Shown piece by piece: positions 26,201 through 40,300 of a DNA stretch of 64,000 nt (positions are counted from its first letter, which is position 1; the number at the start of each line of letters is the position of its first letter). Origin of the DNA: Phoronis australis. Lineage: Eukaryota; Animalia; Phoronida. The DNA lies in contig NMRA01000503.1 in NCBI GenBank assembly GCA_002633005.1, positions 1 to 64,000 of the forward strand, in the 5' to 3' direction. The notes beneath the pieces are model-generated. The model did not search any database, was not told the DNA's origin, and saw nothing but the letters and a program-made list of their open reading frames with translations. Position numbers and translations under genes: made by a program.

Positions 26201-29200
26201 AAAGCCTTGGCACAGGTTGAGGAGGAGAAGAAGAAGTTAGAAAAGCAGCTTGAAGCAGCACAGCAGAGCAGTGAACGAACAAAGAGACAACTGAGTGATG
26301 TGCAACAGAGAAACGAACTACTTACTGAACAGGTTGGCGCTATATTAAGATTTACCTGGAAATGGGGTGTATTGCGTTTCCGTGCAGTTTTATTACGACA
26401 GGTGCAATGTTTGCCCAAAGGGTGCCCATTAGGTACATGAATATATTGGTCCTCGCTCTCGCTGGTATTCCACATTTTACAGTACTATGGGGGTATGAAT
26501 GGCCTGATTTTCTCAACCAAATTTGAAATCTGCCCTCATGGTGGGGGAGGGGGGCAAGTAGGTTGCTTCAGCACAATGAGACAGCTCCTGGAAAACAGTG
26601 GGAGTACAGACTCTCTGGAAAGTTATGTTTAGAGTTGTTTACTTCAGCTCAAATACAGGACCCGCCTCAACTAAGGAAAAGTTGCTGTTTGCTTCTGAGT
26701 GGGAATTTTAGCATCCTTGAAGCAATTTTGAGAAAGGACTACAACTTTGAAGTTAGTTGGCCCAAAATTTACAACTTGGGGCCGTGGGATATATGACGCT
26801 TTTTTTCTTTTTGGATTTCAGCTCTCAAACAGAACTAATCAAGATGGCCTCCAACTTGCCTCGGCATCCAAGGCTCTTGCAGAGGTGAAGGTACAAAACC
26901 AACAGCTTGAGGAGAAGTATATCATGTATCGCAGCAAAGCTGACGAGTTTGAATCGTCAATGAAAGTTGAACAGGCTAAAAACAGTGATTTAAAAGACCA
27001 GGTAGTTGGATTAATATACGATGTTGATAATTTGCTCGTTTCATTTTTTCAGAATTCGTGTAATTCGGCAACACCCTTTTGCATAAACAGAACTTATTGA
27101 AAACATGACTACCATTTATGTTTATCATTTTAGTGTCAGACCTTTCAAGAAGTGATGTAATATTGCTCTATATTTTGAGGTCTTGAATCCCCTGATGCTT
27201 ATGTAATACAGATCGTAACTGTGTTTTCATGAGACATTTTCTTAATTACTGTATTGTTTAATTGTTATAATTAATTAAAAATGTGTAAATTAGATGGCCC
27301 CTGTCCCAGCAATCCAAGGTGGAGCTTAATACAGAAGTTTAACTGCATATGTCTGATTACTAAAAGAAGTGTAAAGTATTTCTCTTTTTTCTCTCTGTCG
27401 TACAAAGTTCAGTTCATGAAATGCATTACGTGAGTGTTTTTCTTTGTTTTTGTTATGTTTGATGTTTCACGTAAGCATGTTACTGGTGTCACGGAATGTA
27501 AATCAGCTTTTTGCTTGCTTTTAACTTTATTGCTGGCTGATTGAAAAATGTTTGTATTGCCTTAAAACCTGCTCTTAAGTAATGCATGGTTTCATATTTT
27601 GCCCACCAGAGGTTTCATTGACAACTAGTTTCATCTTTGTCTTTATTGATTGTTGTCAATCATTTCTTGTTATTTATTCACAAATCAGTTTCGAGATCGT
27701 GGCTTGGTGGATATTTATATTTTTAATTCAATCTGTTTTGAAAGTGTATGGAAAGTGTATGTACTGAGTAGTGCGTGTGTGTAGGCATGCTGCCAAGCTG
27801 TTGGCTGGTTGTTTGTTATTTTGTGATTTACAAGTCATGAGATATGGATTCGCAAGTAATAAGATTGAAGTATTACCCATTGTTTATTTTGGTGTAACAT
27901 TTTCATAAATTGGACACACCATTTGGCTTAACCTTGTGGCTACAGTTCACAAATTCTTCATCACAGACTACTGTTCAATGTCACATTGACTCCATGATTA
28001 CAAAATAGTTCCCTTAAAATGAGCGACATGAATTCACATAGAGCAATGCCTCTTTTGATTGTCTTACAACTTAACAGGGATTTCACCTCATCTTTATTTA
28101 TAGATTACACATCTGAAAGCAAAAATGGCAACTGCCAAATCAGAGTTCAAAAAGGAGATAACGCTGTGTGAGGAGGGCAAAGCTGAGGCTCTGCACAAGT
28201 TACAGATGACTTCCCAGAATGCCCTGGCTTCCTATAGGAACAGGTGTAAGAAGATGGAGATCAGTGCTCTGATGATGGTCAATGTTGTAAAGAAACTGCA
28301 TGAGGACTACATGGCATTAAAACAACAAGTCAAGGTATTTCCGTCCTTCATGGAACACGTGGTCCAACAGTCTTCAAAACAGGTAAAAATTGTTTTTTTT
28401 TTAATGAAGGAAAGTCATTTTCATGTAGGTTAAATGCGTACACTTTTCCCGACCCCCCCCCCCTCCCTGAAAGCACACAAAACAGCAATGTTTTTTTTTT
28501 GTATCTGTTGCACTGCAAGTGTACTTCATAGTTTAATACCAGTGTTGGCTTGTACACTGAAGTCGTATAAAGTAAAACATTATTTCAAACAACTCTTTGT
28601 GTATTTTGTTTTTGCCTGTTGGAACTGGGCAATATTTCTGCTATTTGTTGTTTTTATGATGTGAAAGGGTAATTGAAAACATTGACTTCTGTTATTGGAC
28701 ATCACTTTCTGTATGTCAACAAAAGTATACCCTACCAGCAAGTGTCGACCCCCTCCCTCAAAAGCGTACGGTTTGTACGTTCGTGAAAATGTCGATGATT
28801 GCGAATGGTCCCTACCTCATCATTGCTGAATACTGGTTACCATGAGGGTCCTCAGTACATTCACACCACATTCATTTCTGTTTATGGTTATGTATCTCAT
28901 TATATGGAGCTTTAAATTAGATTATATGAAAATGTTTGCGTTGATTTTTACTTTTACATTTTACTTTTTTAAATGTTTGGAAAGCCGGTCACGAAATGTT
29001 GTGAAGTACTTTACAAGAAATTAATAATATTTCACGCTTAAGGTGCCTGTCAAAGTTAACATGAAAGCTTTCATTTGCATTAAATTCAGAAACATAAACA
29101 CTTCTATGCATTGTGATATTTGGTTGTTACGACCTTGAGTAAAGAAAGCAGACACATATCACACTAGACCACACTGTCTCCTCACAACATTTGAGTGTAG

Positions 29201-32200
29201 TAGACTAACTTCAGAAGGAGGATTGCTTGTTGCATTTATGTTGTCAGTAGTGATTTGTAACACGTAGCATCGAAATGGACATTTCTAGGACAACCTCATT
29301 TAATGAGCTTCACCACTTTTATGCACAAAAGAAACTGATGTAACATGCTTTGCCTCGCTCTTCATTACCTGAGGTGGGCAGATGAACCCATGCCTCAAAA
29401 TATCTTGTAAATTCTCTCCACTTTGACTAGAGGACTGAACATTTAATTTGACTTGCAATTATACATTACTGGTTATTGTAGATCTCTGAAGCCATCGCCA
29501 CTGTTGATGAGACAAACAAAGACTTGGTGCGCAAATATCAGAAAGAGTTGAGATTAAGGAAGAAGTATCATAATGAATTGGTTGAACTGAAAGGTAGAAT
29601 ATTTTTTATGAAAAAATAGTGCAGGTGGTCTGATGTGCACAGGTTGCTCAGATGGGTCTAGCAGTGGGATCCAGTAGAATTTGATCCTGCGACCTTGTGA
29701 ACATGAGGCAGACACTCAACGTACTAGGTCAAACTGGGGAGTATTCACTTACAGAGACTTGGATTTTGAGAACCAGCTTTTTACCACTTATTCAGAGGAG
29801 ATATTGGGTTCTCAAGATGTGAGATCCCTGGTAGTGACTAGTACCAGAAGTGTCATCTTTTCTACATCATAGGAACAGTGAACTATGAAGTCAGTAACAA
29901 AATTATTAAAACATTATTGTGCTATATCTTGTATTTATCTCGTAGTCATGAATAAGGTGAATTGTGTGGGTTTTTGCAGCTGAAGTGAACCCTGACAAAG
30001 ATTTGGTGTTTCAAAGAACTTAAAGTCCCAAATGTATAAATTAAGGGCACCGTTGCTGCATAAATGAGCTTGGATATTTATTAGTGAGAGTTTTGATAAT
30101 TGCAAATGGATTTTGAACCAAGTGAAGTACACACCAAAAGTATTCAGACAAGATGACCCAGAATTCCCCATCACGACGACTTGGCAGAAGCCAATTTCAT
30201 TGTCAAAGTTGTTTTTCCTTGAGACCTTGAATGAAGCAAAGTTAACAGGAAAGTTAATAAGGTGGCAAACATTTTTAAGTCTGTGCGCATGCCACCTGTT
30301 GGCCACATCATGTGACTGAATGAACTTAAGTCTGAAAATATTTATGCCCCGACTGAGACTCGAATCCGGGACCTTCATTTAACGGTGCAGAGACTCTAGT
30401 CCTCTGTGCCATCGGAACCACTGGCCAAACACAGAAATCCAATCGGACTTAGCAATAGGCATCCTGGCCACAAGGTGGCTAAAGCATTCTATAATTATAA
30501 TTTTACCTCCATAATAATTATTACCAGTTATTTTTGCTGTTAACAGAATTACCCATCATGACGGGAAAATGTCATTTTGTCAGTTTATTTTTATCTTGCA
30601 CTGTACAAGTAATAACAGGACAAATATGGTTTGAATGCACATGAGAGTGCTACTAAAATTTTGTTTATTATCACAACTCAATTGTCTAGGTAACATTCGC
30701 GTGTTTTGTCGTGTACGGCCCACCACCAGTGAGGACACATCTTTACCTCAGTCCAACTGTGTCGCAAGCTTTGACCAAGACGACGATGGCCTGTTGATGA
30801 TTAATAACAAGGGAAAGGAGACTGTGTTTGATCTGGACAAAGTGTTTAGTATGAAGAGTACTCAGCAACAGGTGGGCAGTGTTGTGGTTATTTGATATTT
30901 TACGTGAGATTGCATGTGCTGTTGCTATGCTCGCATAGCTGTTATGAGTATTATGGAGGGACATACAAGGACTTTGGTGGCTGGTTTTGTTTTATTTTGA
31001 ACTTTTCTTTTTTTTTGTACAATACTGTGAAATCTCACTTGTGTAGGACTCAATGTGGCTCACACATTCAAGTGAAATATTATTTTAGTGAAATATAAGT
31101 GGCCAAAAATAAAATGCTTTACCATCTTTAAGTTCTACTCCTGACATTGTTTGGAGAAATTTTGAGTATTGACAGCAATGTTAGAAGCTGATGAAAATTG
31201 AAAAAGGGTCAGTTTTAGTAAGTCTGTCTGAAATTGGATAGATATTGTCGTAAACAAACCAGTTTATGAAATAAGGTTTTCATTTCTTGTGTTCCTCATT
31301 TGTTTGAAATGAGGTCAGTGTTTCATGTTGGGTTGAAGCTGTTGTATTTGGAGCTCAATAAGCTTGGGCTGTCTCATTTGATTCTTGCACTGTCGTAATT
31401 CATCATTCCAGCCTTGCAACCATTCACTTTAATGCTAGTCTTTGCTGTTGAGGTCTTGAACTTAATCGCTTGCCTTTCACTTGCATGATTTCGCATGGTC
31501 TAACGTGATTTCACCAAACTCACAGAAAGCTAGATCTATAGATCGAACCCCAGGGGTCTGTTTCATGAAAAGTAGCTTAAGACTTGAATTAGAAATTTTA
31601 TCTTAGGCTCAAAACAACAATTTCTGAAAAAAATAATTAAGTCTCACTTCAGCAAATTGCAAAGTATCTGAGAATCTACACATCACATAACTGTCAGTTA
31701 TTGAAATAATTTCTACAAATTATTTCTAGACTGTGAAGCGCTCATAATTACTTCGCTTGTAAATATTTTTCGGCAATTGTGAAGTGGCAGCATAAGATCA
31801 AATTTCTTTCTTAAGTCTTAAGTCACTTTCAGGAAACAGAACCCAGGTGCATGACAGTTTACATTTCTTGTGACACTTTCTTCTGTGCCCTTTAATTGAA
31901 AGATTATGTACTTAGTAATCAAACAGGTTGTGTTTGGTCCGTGGTTTACCGTTTGCCATCCAGCCTACTGCTGAAACTATGACAACCATCATTCTAGCAC
32001 TTCAGTTTTCTTGTCAATGCTTTTGACCTGGTCAAGTTGGACCTAAAAGGAAGTTGTATTTCTTCTTTTTTGTATCAGTGGCCTGTTCAATCAAAAAAAC
32101 AAACTTGTTTTTTTTTTCAGGAGAAGCCAGAAATGGCTAAAAGATCAGTTGATGTGGTTTTGGGAATAAAATAGGGTAAATGCAACGATTGAAACTGTTT

Positions 32201-35200
32201 ATCTTTCAAATTTTGTGGACTCTTTTTTGTTCTTCAGGTATTTGCAGATGTCTGCCCAGTAGTGACATCTTGTGTGGACGGTTACAATGTGTGCATATTT
32301 GCTTATGGCCAAACAGGGTCTGGGAAAACATATACAATGGAGGTAAGGTTCGACATGAAATGCCTGGTTTGCCAGAATGTTTTTTATCACAATAGCTTGA
32401 GAGTGCATGGACACACATCTTCGAGAACTTTTTGTTCCCAGATCAAAGATCATGTTGATTGATTTGTTTTGACATTAACATTAAAAATATTCGACGACTT
32501 AATTTTAATTTAACTGGATTGTTTGCCAGATGTGTCCATCAAGTTTAACGTTAATATCTGACCTCTTAAATGGCAAGAAATCAGCTAGGCCATTGCTTTA
32601 AAAACTAATTAGTAAATCCTGTGTGCCACATACTCCTGAACATGACCAGTGCTTTGCGCACTACTCTACATGATGTCTCGGTTTACTAATGTTTCAACAT
32701 TGTATTAAAGCCATTATGAGAGGATGACAGATTTACCAGACTATCACTCAGTGACTATTAAAATTTTTTGAGATAAAAAGTGGAGATTGATGTTTTTCAT
32801 CAAAGGATTTTTAAGTCACTAAATGTTATTTGCTGACAGTTGTGTCATACACACTTTTCAAGCAATACTTTCTACATATTTACTTTTGTTGAGAAATTAA
32901 TTAATTACACAAATTAAATTTTCACTTTTCCACCATACTGTGTCCTGAATTGGAGAGTTTCCATCGTAGCTTTTCATGTAAGTGGCCCCTATTTTCTAAA
33001 TCAGGCAATGAAAAGTCCTAGTCTTACAGAAGAACATTGTGTCTGAAAGAATTGAGTCAACACTGAATGTTATATTTCCCATTTTCTCAGAATTATATAT
33101 ATTTTGTATACTTTGTACCGGTATTAGGGTCCTGATGATGATCCGGGTATCAACCAGAGGGCGCTCATACAGTTGTTTCATGAAACAGAAGAGCGGTTCA
33201 AGGACTGGTTATATCACATCGATGTCTCAGTTATGGAGATCTACAATGAAATGCCCAGGTACATACCACTACTCTTATTTGTAAACTGTCACCACTCAGC
33301 TTTTATAAGTGAAAAGTTTGATAACTCTTTTGGATGGTTCACACACTCCGGTTGTTGTCTTTTTAACTAAAGGGTGTGTGCAGAAGAGACTTGGGGTGCA
33401 AGAAATCTTTGTTTGTGCTACGAATACTATCCCTTGATTAAGCATTCCTGCCTCACCAACCAGTCCCTGCCGCAGTTGCTGTCATTTTGTTGTTTTGGGA
33501 GATTCTTGCATCTCCGGAACTCACGCACATGCTGGTCTTGTGGATCAGCATGTTAGTATGGGAAGTCGCAGACGGAACACATGGACAGATTTTGGTGACG
33601 TGAAGCATTCTATTATTTGAACAAAATTGTGCAAAGTGGTGGAGAAGGAAGGCTGGTGATCAAGGATACCAACCTGAGTCAGCTTTTAGCTGCACCATCT
33701 GCGAAAGGAACTGTCACTCCCGAATAGGACTGAATGGTCAGTCAAGACGCTCCGCCGAATAATGAGGTTTATTCAGAATGCAACTGGCGAATGCCAATCA
33801 GTAACGTAATATTCAGTCAATACTTTGTAGCGGTCAATATTCTAAAGCTTTCATTGTTTGTAGAGATCTTCTGAGCTCCGACCCTACAAACAAATTGGAG
33901 ATCAAGATGAATGCCAGTGGTGAGGTGTTTGTCCCTGGCCTAACAAGGATTGAAGTGAAAACTGTGGAAGATGTGAACAATGTAAGTGGTAAAATGTAAG
34001 GGGTACCTAGTTGTTATTACCTGTAAGTGAGTTTCCTGGGTAAACAAAAAATAAATAATCTCTGCTATAATGTGTCGCTGTCGAATCAGAAGTACTTAGG
34101 AATGATAATTATTTTGTTGAAAACGTGGTTGTTTTCCTAAGAGTCAGGAATCAAGTCCATAATTTTTAGAGGTAACGTGTCATGGTTTACCCAATTTACT
34201 TAATTTCCAATTTCAAAAACTTAAAATGAGTCACTGTTCAATGTTTCTGCATCAAAATAAAATCTTATGATCCCTGTACAGTTGTGACCCAGCTTTATTA
34301 TCTGGAAATCTCTACTCAAACTCTGTTTATCCATGTATGAGTGAGTAAGCCAAAATGTTGACCGATCTCAAGATATTTGTTACTAAATTTGAAAAATTCA
34401 CAGGTGTCTTAGCCATCAGGTTTCAATTCTTTCAGAGTCAGTAACCCATTCAAATTTTACAAAGGCAAACTTTTTCAATGGAAGCAAATAGATCAGATTT
34501 GATGAGATCACAACTTTGAAAAAGAAAACCTAGATACTTTACCTTTATTCAGACTCTATTTCATCTGTAAAAATGTCGTTTCTGGTATTTTTGTCCTCGA
34601 CCAACAAGCATTTATACAGTGTTGTGCGTCTCTCTTGTTGCAGGTCTTTGCATTGGGGCACACTAATCGTGCTACGTCCTCTACAAACATGAATGAACAC
34701 AGCTCTCGCTCCCACTGTCTTCTGTGTGTCACAGTAACGGGAACAAATAAAACAACTGGTGCTAGAACTTTGGGTGAGTAGATAAAACATGCTCCACCTG
34801 GTGGAGACAAATGTTATTAGCAAATAGGTGTATGCGAAAACATTTCTGTAATGAAAACAAATAAAATAGTTCTTATTGATGAAAGTGCAATCACATAAAA
34901 TATGTGTAAAAACTTAATGAGGTTTCTAATTGTAGGGAAGTTGAACTTGGTTGATTTGGCTGGTTCAGAGCGCATTGCCAAGTCAGGAGCTGAGGGAGCT
35001 CGGCTGAAGGAAGCGCAGAACATTAACAAGAGCCTGTCTAGTCTCGGCGATGTCATCGCTGCGTTGAAAAGTAAACAGCAATATGTTCCATATAGGAACT
35101 CTAAACTGACATATCTTCTTCAAGACTCCTTAGGTAAGAAATTAATGTATCGTGTACTAAGGAGTGTATTATAATCTCTGGTTGTCTAGACTTTTTGTAC

Positions 35201-37316
35201 TATTCTGTCAATGTTTTTCTAAATAGCAGTTTTCCATCATAATTGTTCTATATCGTGTGGAGCTTACAGATGGTGTTACTGTGAGGTTGTAATGTCTTAG
35301 GCTTTGTCATCTTAGTTCAAGGTTGCAGATTTTTGTGCTTCTTAAAGCATAAGCATATTGAATTTGCCTTAGATAGATGTCTGAGCTCCAAAACTTAAAA
35401 ATCTAAGAAATAACGGGTGAATAATGTGCAAAATAAAAAGTACTGGCTGCAAACTCTACTGCGGACGTGATACAGCTAATGTAAAAAACCATGCCTTAAC
35501 TCACCTTATTGCAGAACTTGTAGTTATGTGAAATAAAAACAAATCAACACTTGACATGTGTTTCACAGCAGTTGCTATGAACCGCACTTTATCACGACCT
35601 CAAATTATCAACTTTCTGAGTGGTATTGCCTTTGTGTCATTGCAGGAGGTGACAGTAAAACACTAATGATTGTTCAAGTGGCACCCATAGAACGACACGT
35701 AGGAGAGACAGTGTGCAGCTTGACCTTTGCCCAGAGGGTTCGAGCTGTCGAACTTGGAGCTGCTTCTAAGAAGACTGAAAGTAGCGAAGTGGCGCACTTA
35801 CGTGAAAAGTTGTCGCAATATGAGGTGAATGCTCTCGTATTCTTCAACATTAATTTGTTCCTTTGTTGTCACTTATGTGTCAACCTGTCTTTCCTCTTGC
35901 TGTGATTCCAGCTTGAGAAAAAACAGCAAACTTTAGCGTTGGTATATTAGGCACTTCACTCTTACTGTCGTTTGAATGACAATTGAATTGCATAGTTCCT
36001 GGCTGAGATAAAATATATAAAGGTGTCCGTGCACTGCTTTACAGCTTGCACAGACAATTTCCTTTAAAAGGTATGATTGCCCTTGACCTTACAACATTTA
36101 GTATCTTTCATTGTGCAAACACATGTATATTATTTCGTAACTGTGGTCTTGATCGTAATGATCTTTTGTGCCCTATCTAGCATAGCTAATGAAGGTGGTT
36201 AATATTGTAACACTAAGTGTAACTGTATGTATAAAAAAGCGTATTGGTTGAAATGTATGTATTCCTGGCATTTGGGCTACAGGACCTGGGTCTATGTTCA
36301 TAGAACTGGGTTGGTGTATAGTTCAGTTTATGAATAATTAGTCAAGTGGTCAACACCTGGGAGTCTAAGAGGACATCTCTAAACAACTTATGAAGCACTA
36401 CACTGCACTTCCCAACCTGTAACTTTGAATACTTTTTGCTGGTCGGGATCTCTAGCCACTAGGCACAGCCATCTTCCTATCATCCAGGTCTTGCCTCATC
36501 GGCAAAATGTTTGTGTTACAAAAGGCTCAAATATGTATATCTGTTTAAATAACATCTCTTCTTCCTCCATAATGCATTTGACATTTGCCGCTCACATTAT
36601 TGATACATGCTTCTTGTTTGTACTGTGTTCTTAGGGAATAGGGTTGTTTTCAGAATGACAGGTGTGCTCAGAACTGAAGGTCATCCATGAATTAATACAA
36701 ATGTCACGTTTCTTCCCATGAGAAATTGACGTTAATTATTGATTGAAATTGGGCCAGCTGTAACTTGAAAAACAACTTTTGCTGTTGTCGTTCTTTTTGT
36801 CGCTTGTGTTAATGTTTAATTATGACTATTTTCAGAACAAAACTATAAAAATAGTTAATTGTTAATTGCTAAAATTATATAAAAAACTTTAGTTTTGTGA
36901 AGGCTTGCTACATTTCTGCAAGTTCTCAAAATTTCAACAAAAGTTTTAAGGAAACAGGAGTAAAGTATGGGTCATGTATACTATGAAGGAAAAAAATTTT
37001 TAAGCAATATTTCAATTTGGATATTTGACTAAACGAAAATCCACTTACATTGTGTTGGAAATTGAAGAATGTTTGCTTTTAAATTAGTGGTATGAATTTT
37101 TGCGCAATTTATATCACCCTGAAGAATATGGCATGCCTGATCTTACACTGAGTTAATAAGAACTTCATGAAACAGTTAGAAAATTATTTGATGTCATTTT
37201 ATGCGTTTCAGAATTCTGGAGGTTCTCGGAGTTTAACCCCCTCAAGAAGTGGAAATACTCGGAGTGGTACTCCCTCACGCTCTATCCCTGGGAAAAGGAA
37301 AGAAACAAGATTCTAA
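20217..37316 (+). CDS. KIFC3: Kinesin-14 family, KIFC3-like C-terminal motor protein (19 coding exons, 977 aa)
   Basis: GT-AG, phase-consistent exons: 20217-20237, 20977-21091, 21309-21460, 22411-22597, 23102-23307, 24118-24267, 25318-25521, 26153-26332, 26822-27001, 28104-28382, 29482-29593, 30690-30871, 32238-32342, 33128-33258, 33864-33981, 34644-34773, 34936-35133, 35646-35824, 37212-37316 (2934 nt). Motifs: neck [33 protein letters not shown]-loop GQTGSGKT, switch I NEHSSRSH, switch [27 protein letters not shown]. The first exons and start codon are less certain than the motor. Confidence 0.93.
21609..22255 (+). mobile_element. Interspersed repeat copy 2 (same family as 19098-19820), in KIFC3 intron 3
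   Basis: Collinear similarity over ~600 bp, e.g. ctgcaactcaggcgc.gattcctc and gggataaatacaaaac.tacctc. Confidence 0.75.
24337..24525. mobile_element. MITE of the cagtaaaatctcaccaattt family (diverged)
   Basis: aattctcactacttt ... aaattagtgagattttgctg. The interior catagctaccaccaga..attttgaaaaa..gtggacat is shared with 49308-49350. Confidence 0.55.
30346..30420 (-). mobile_element. tRNA-derived SINE head
   Basis: The minus strand reads ggttccgatggcacagagg...ggtcccggattcgagtctcagtcggggca (A-box and B-box-like); stems are imperfect. Confidence 0.55.
31554..31843. mobile_element. PIF/Harbinger-type MITE with CAG TSD
   Basis: TIRs gggtctgtttcatgaaaagtagcttaagactt / aagtcttaagtcactttcaggaaacagaacc; cag at 31551-31553 and 31844-31846. 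Confidence 0.8.
33556..33800 (+). mobile_element. 3' end fragment of an RTE-clade (BovB-like) LINE
   Basis: The translation WEVAD...LFEQ...RRK...[22 protein letters not shown] matches the RTE C-terminal CxxCxRxCxSRIGLxSH motif. Confidence 0.75.
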
Positions 37317-40300
37317 AAGTTGGCTTGTGTTGATAGTCTTAGAGATAATGGGATAAAGAGAGTCTAAGAGTTTAGGACAGAATGAATAATTGGTGTATTA
37401 GAAGTCTTAGTGGGGATAGTGGTTAAGTATTTTAAGTTTCAGTCTGGGAGATTCAACTGTGCAGGGTTGAACAGCCAAGTGAAGTTATTTCAGGGCTTGG
37501 AGTTTTCCTTTTTTAAGAAGATTCCCTCTTTTTCTGGTTTCCATTCCCTCTTATTTGATTTCCAGTTTTCCTTTTTTCGTCTCTGTTTTATTATTACTTT
37601 GTCTATATTCATTCAAAACAGTTTATTTCTGATCAGTTAAATTGTACAACTAAAAAATATTCCTATCACACAAGCCTATTTATTTGGTAAACAATACATC
37701 ACCTGGAAAATTTTCCTCTTTTTTGTCATTGGTCATTCCAAGCCCTGTTATTTTTTGCCAAACCATAGCCGTAGGTTCTTGTTCTTTTTGAGTGCGTCTC
37801 AGTTTTAGGGTCGAAAAATGCATGTTAGGGATTATTGTTGGTAAGGATAGACTTGTTGAAATTACAAGCTTTGAGCAGAGCTTTAAAACAATGATTCCAT
37901 TGTTTTTGTGATGTCATTAGAAATGGCCCTTTCCTGATGTTGGTTTCTAGACATTCAGTAGACTTAACTGAAATTGAAGCCAATGATGTCAATTAAGTGT
38001 GCTTAAAATACTAGACGTGTGCCTGCCACATTGGGGCTTAGCTCTATCAGCAAAGTACAGTCTGAATCCATTTTGGGGCCGATCTCTTATTGTTGACAAT
38101 AATGTCACTTTAATTTATGTGAAATCGGTCGTCTGTTCATCAGTATTACATTGTTTTTGTACATACTTCAAGCATGAGTGTTCATGGGACCGAATCAATG
38201 ACCTTGACCGTCCAATCATTTTTGTGCAATAGCCGTCCAATTGTTGTGCTCAGTTGGCATTACAGGTACAATATTTGGCAAACAGTGTTTGTAATATTTT
38301 TGCCTCCTTGTCAATCTTAAGGTCAACAACAAATACAATTAAACCTTATAGTATATCAAAGTGCACCCTCTAGGGGTCACATTGCTTAGTGGCGAATAGG
38401 GGTCACACTAAGTGATAGGATCTTTGAAATTATATTGAAATGTGAATAGAACATTCCTCGACTTCAATACTTTGTTTTATTTTCTTGTCACAGGCACATT
38501 CGGATAACCGATGTTCTCCATGTGAAAAATCACAATGGTATTTATATTATCAGCTTGATGGAAATTGAATTGGAATGCCTCCAAGAATTCTCTTCCAAAA
38601 TAATAGCGTGTACTATTGCACATTCAACTAAACCAATCCGCAAAACTTGGGAGACCAGGGAAAATGGATACGAAGTGTTAAAAAGCTATCCAATACTAAA
38701 TAAGTACCACCAAGTGACTATTTGATGAAACCAATTGGAAGGATAATAGTATGGTAATCAGCATACAAATGTGCCAAGATTAACAAATCCAAATAAACTA
38801 TGGTATTTAGTGGGGTGGTATTCTTAATTAGAGATATTTGCATGGACGCGGTCATAAGACAAAATTACTTGAATGTTTTCAGATTTTTAAGTTCTGTTGA
38901 AGAAAAATTAATGTTTTGAGATACTCTTTTCTTTATTTTCACTAAGTTAAGAACATAGAACTAGTATCGTTGATTGAATGATAACACAAAAGTAGGAGTA
39001 TTTTATGTATTATTGCCCTTAATGTATTGGCATTTTCTTCCACTTTCATAGAGTTAAAGATCTGCTGTAACATTCAACTGTGGTGGCCATTTTGTTGGTG
39101 CACTGCCAGAAATTCAAGATTCAACTTAAAGATGCATTTGCATGCTCCTGACTATACTATACGGCAATGCTATTTTGACACAGTCTACACTAAACAAAGT
39201 GCAGTTTATTCATCGACAACTTGTAAGTGTGAAAACAATAACTTCTGCAAATAGGTGACCTTTGCACTAATAACGTACCTTGTGGGCTCACATAGCCCAC
39301 ATCATGCAGTGTCATTCCCAAAAAACTATGTCACGATACTTACTGAACGCGGTTCAGTGATTTGCACATACCATTTTCGCTTCAAGACCCATTCTTAAAA
39401 ACATTTGATAATTTTCAACTTACTTCATATTCAAAAATTGCTGTATGTTGCGTTTCTAACTAATGTGGCCAAGCAAGTACAGAGATAAGAAATAAGCCTG
39501 CAAGTTCCACTTTAAGGCTACATTTCGTTTTGTTCAGCTGGCCAAAACCAAAAATCTAGGCCTTTTCCACTCATGAAATTGGTCTCGTGATATTCCTTAC
39601 GGTGATAAGATTCTATTTCCATTACCAACTCCGTTTACATTCAATGTGTGTTTTCTTCTTCTTGTAAAGCAAATATTAAGGTAAGTAATATCAGGGGATC
39701 AGATTTTGTTAGAGTAAAATGCCTAATTCGATTTTCAATGCTAACTAAATAAGGTGAAATGTATCTTTAAGAATTCTCAATTGCCTTTTTGCTTTTAAAA
39801 ACATTGAAGTCATGTTAAAAGAGCATCATTTGTAAGTAAGCTGTGACTAAATTGGTTTGCATAAATATTTGCTTGGTAAAACTTTTTAAAAAATTAAACC
39901 GAGGTGGAAAGACTATCTTTAAAAACATTGCTTCTTGGAAAAATACGTATAACACAAACTGCAGTAAATTTTACAAAGAACTCAATGAAGAAATATTCAA
40001 CAACAGATGCCGCCACGTGTTTTGATACAACCAGCAGTTGACAGGCACAGAAGTATTATTGTATGGCCTGCTGACAGCAATGTGGATGGCGTCAGATAAA
40101 CGAAAACAAAAAAACTGTGATAGATTCTTTATTTGCACAAAGCCGTTAAATACAAGCTGACGTATTGATACAATTATCACTGAGCCTTAGTACATCTAAG
40201 AGGTATAGGAAGTGATTGGCATATTATTGATACATAAATTACATTATGAGATTTTGGTGCTTTTACAGTAAAAACTTTCAAAAAAAGAAAAATCGAAGCA

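Noticed and set aside
33465-33505. Minus-strand [10 protein letters not shown] resembling the Ulp1/C48 protease catalytic motif
   Set aside because: No upstream His/Asp motifs lie in frame, and the adjacent sequence is better explained as a plus-strand RTE LINE fragment.
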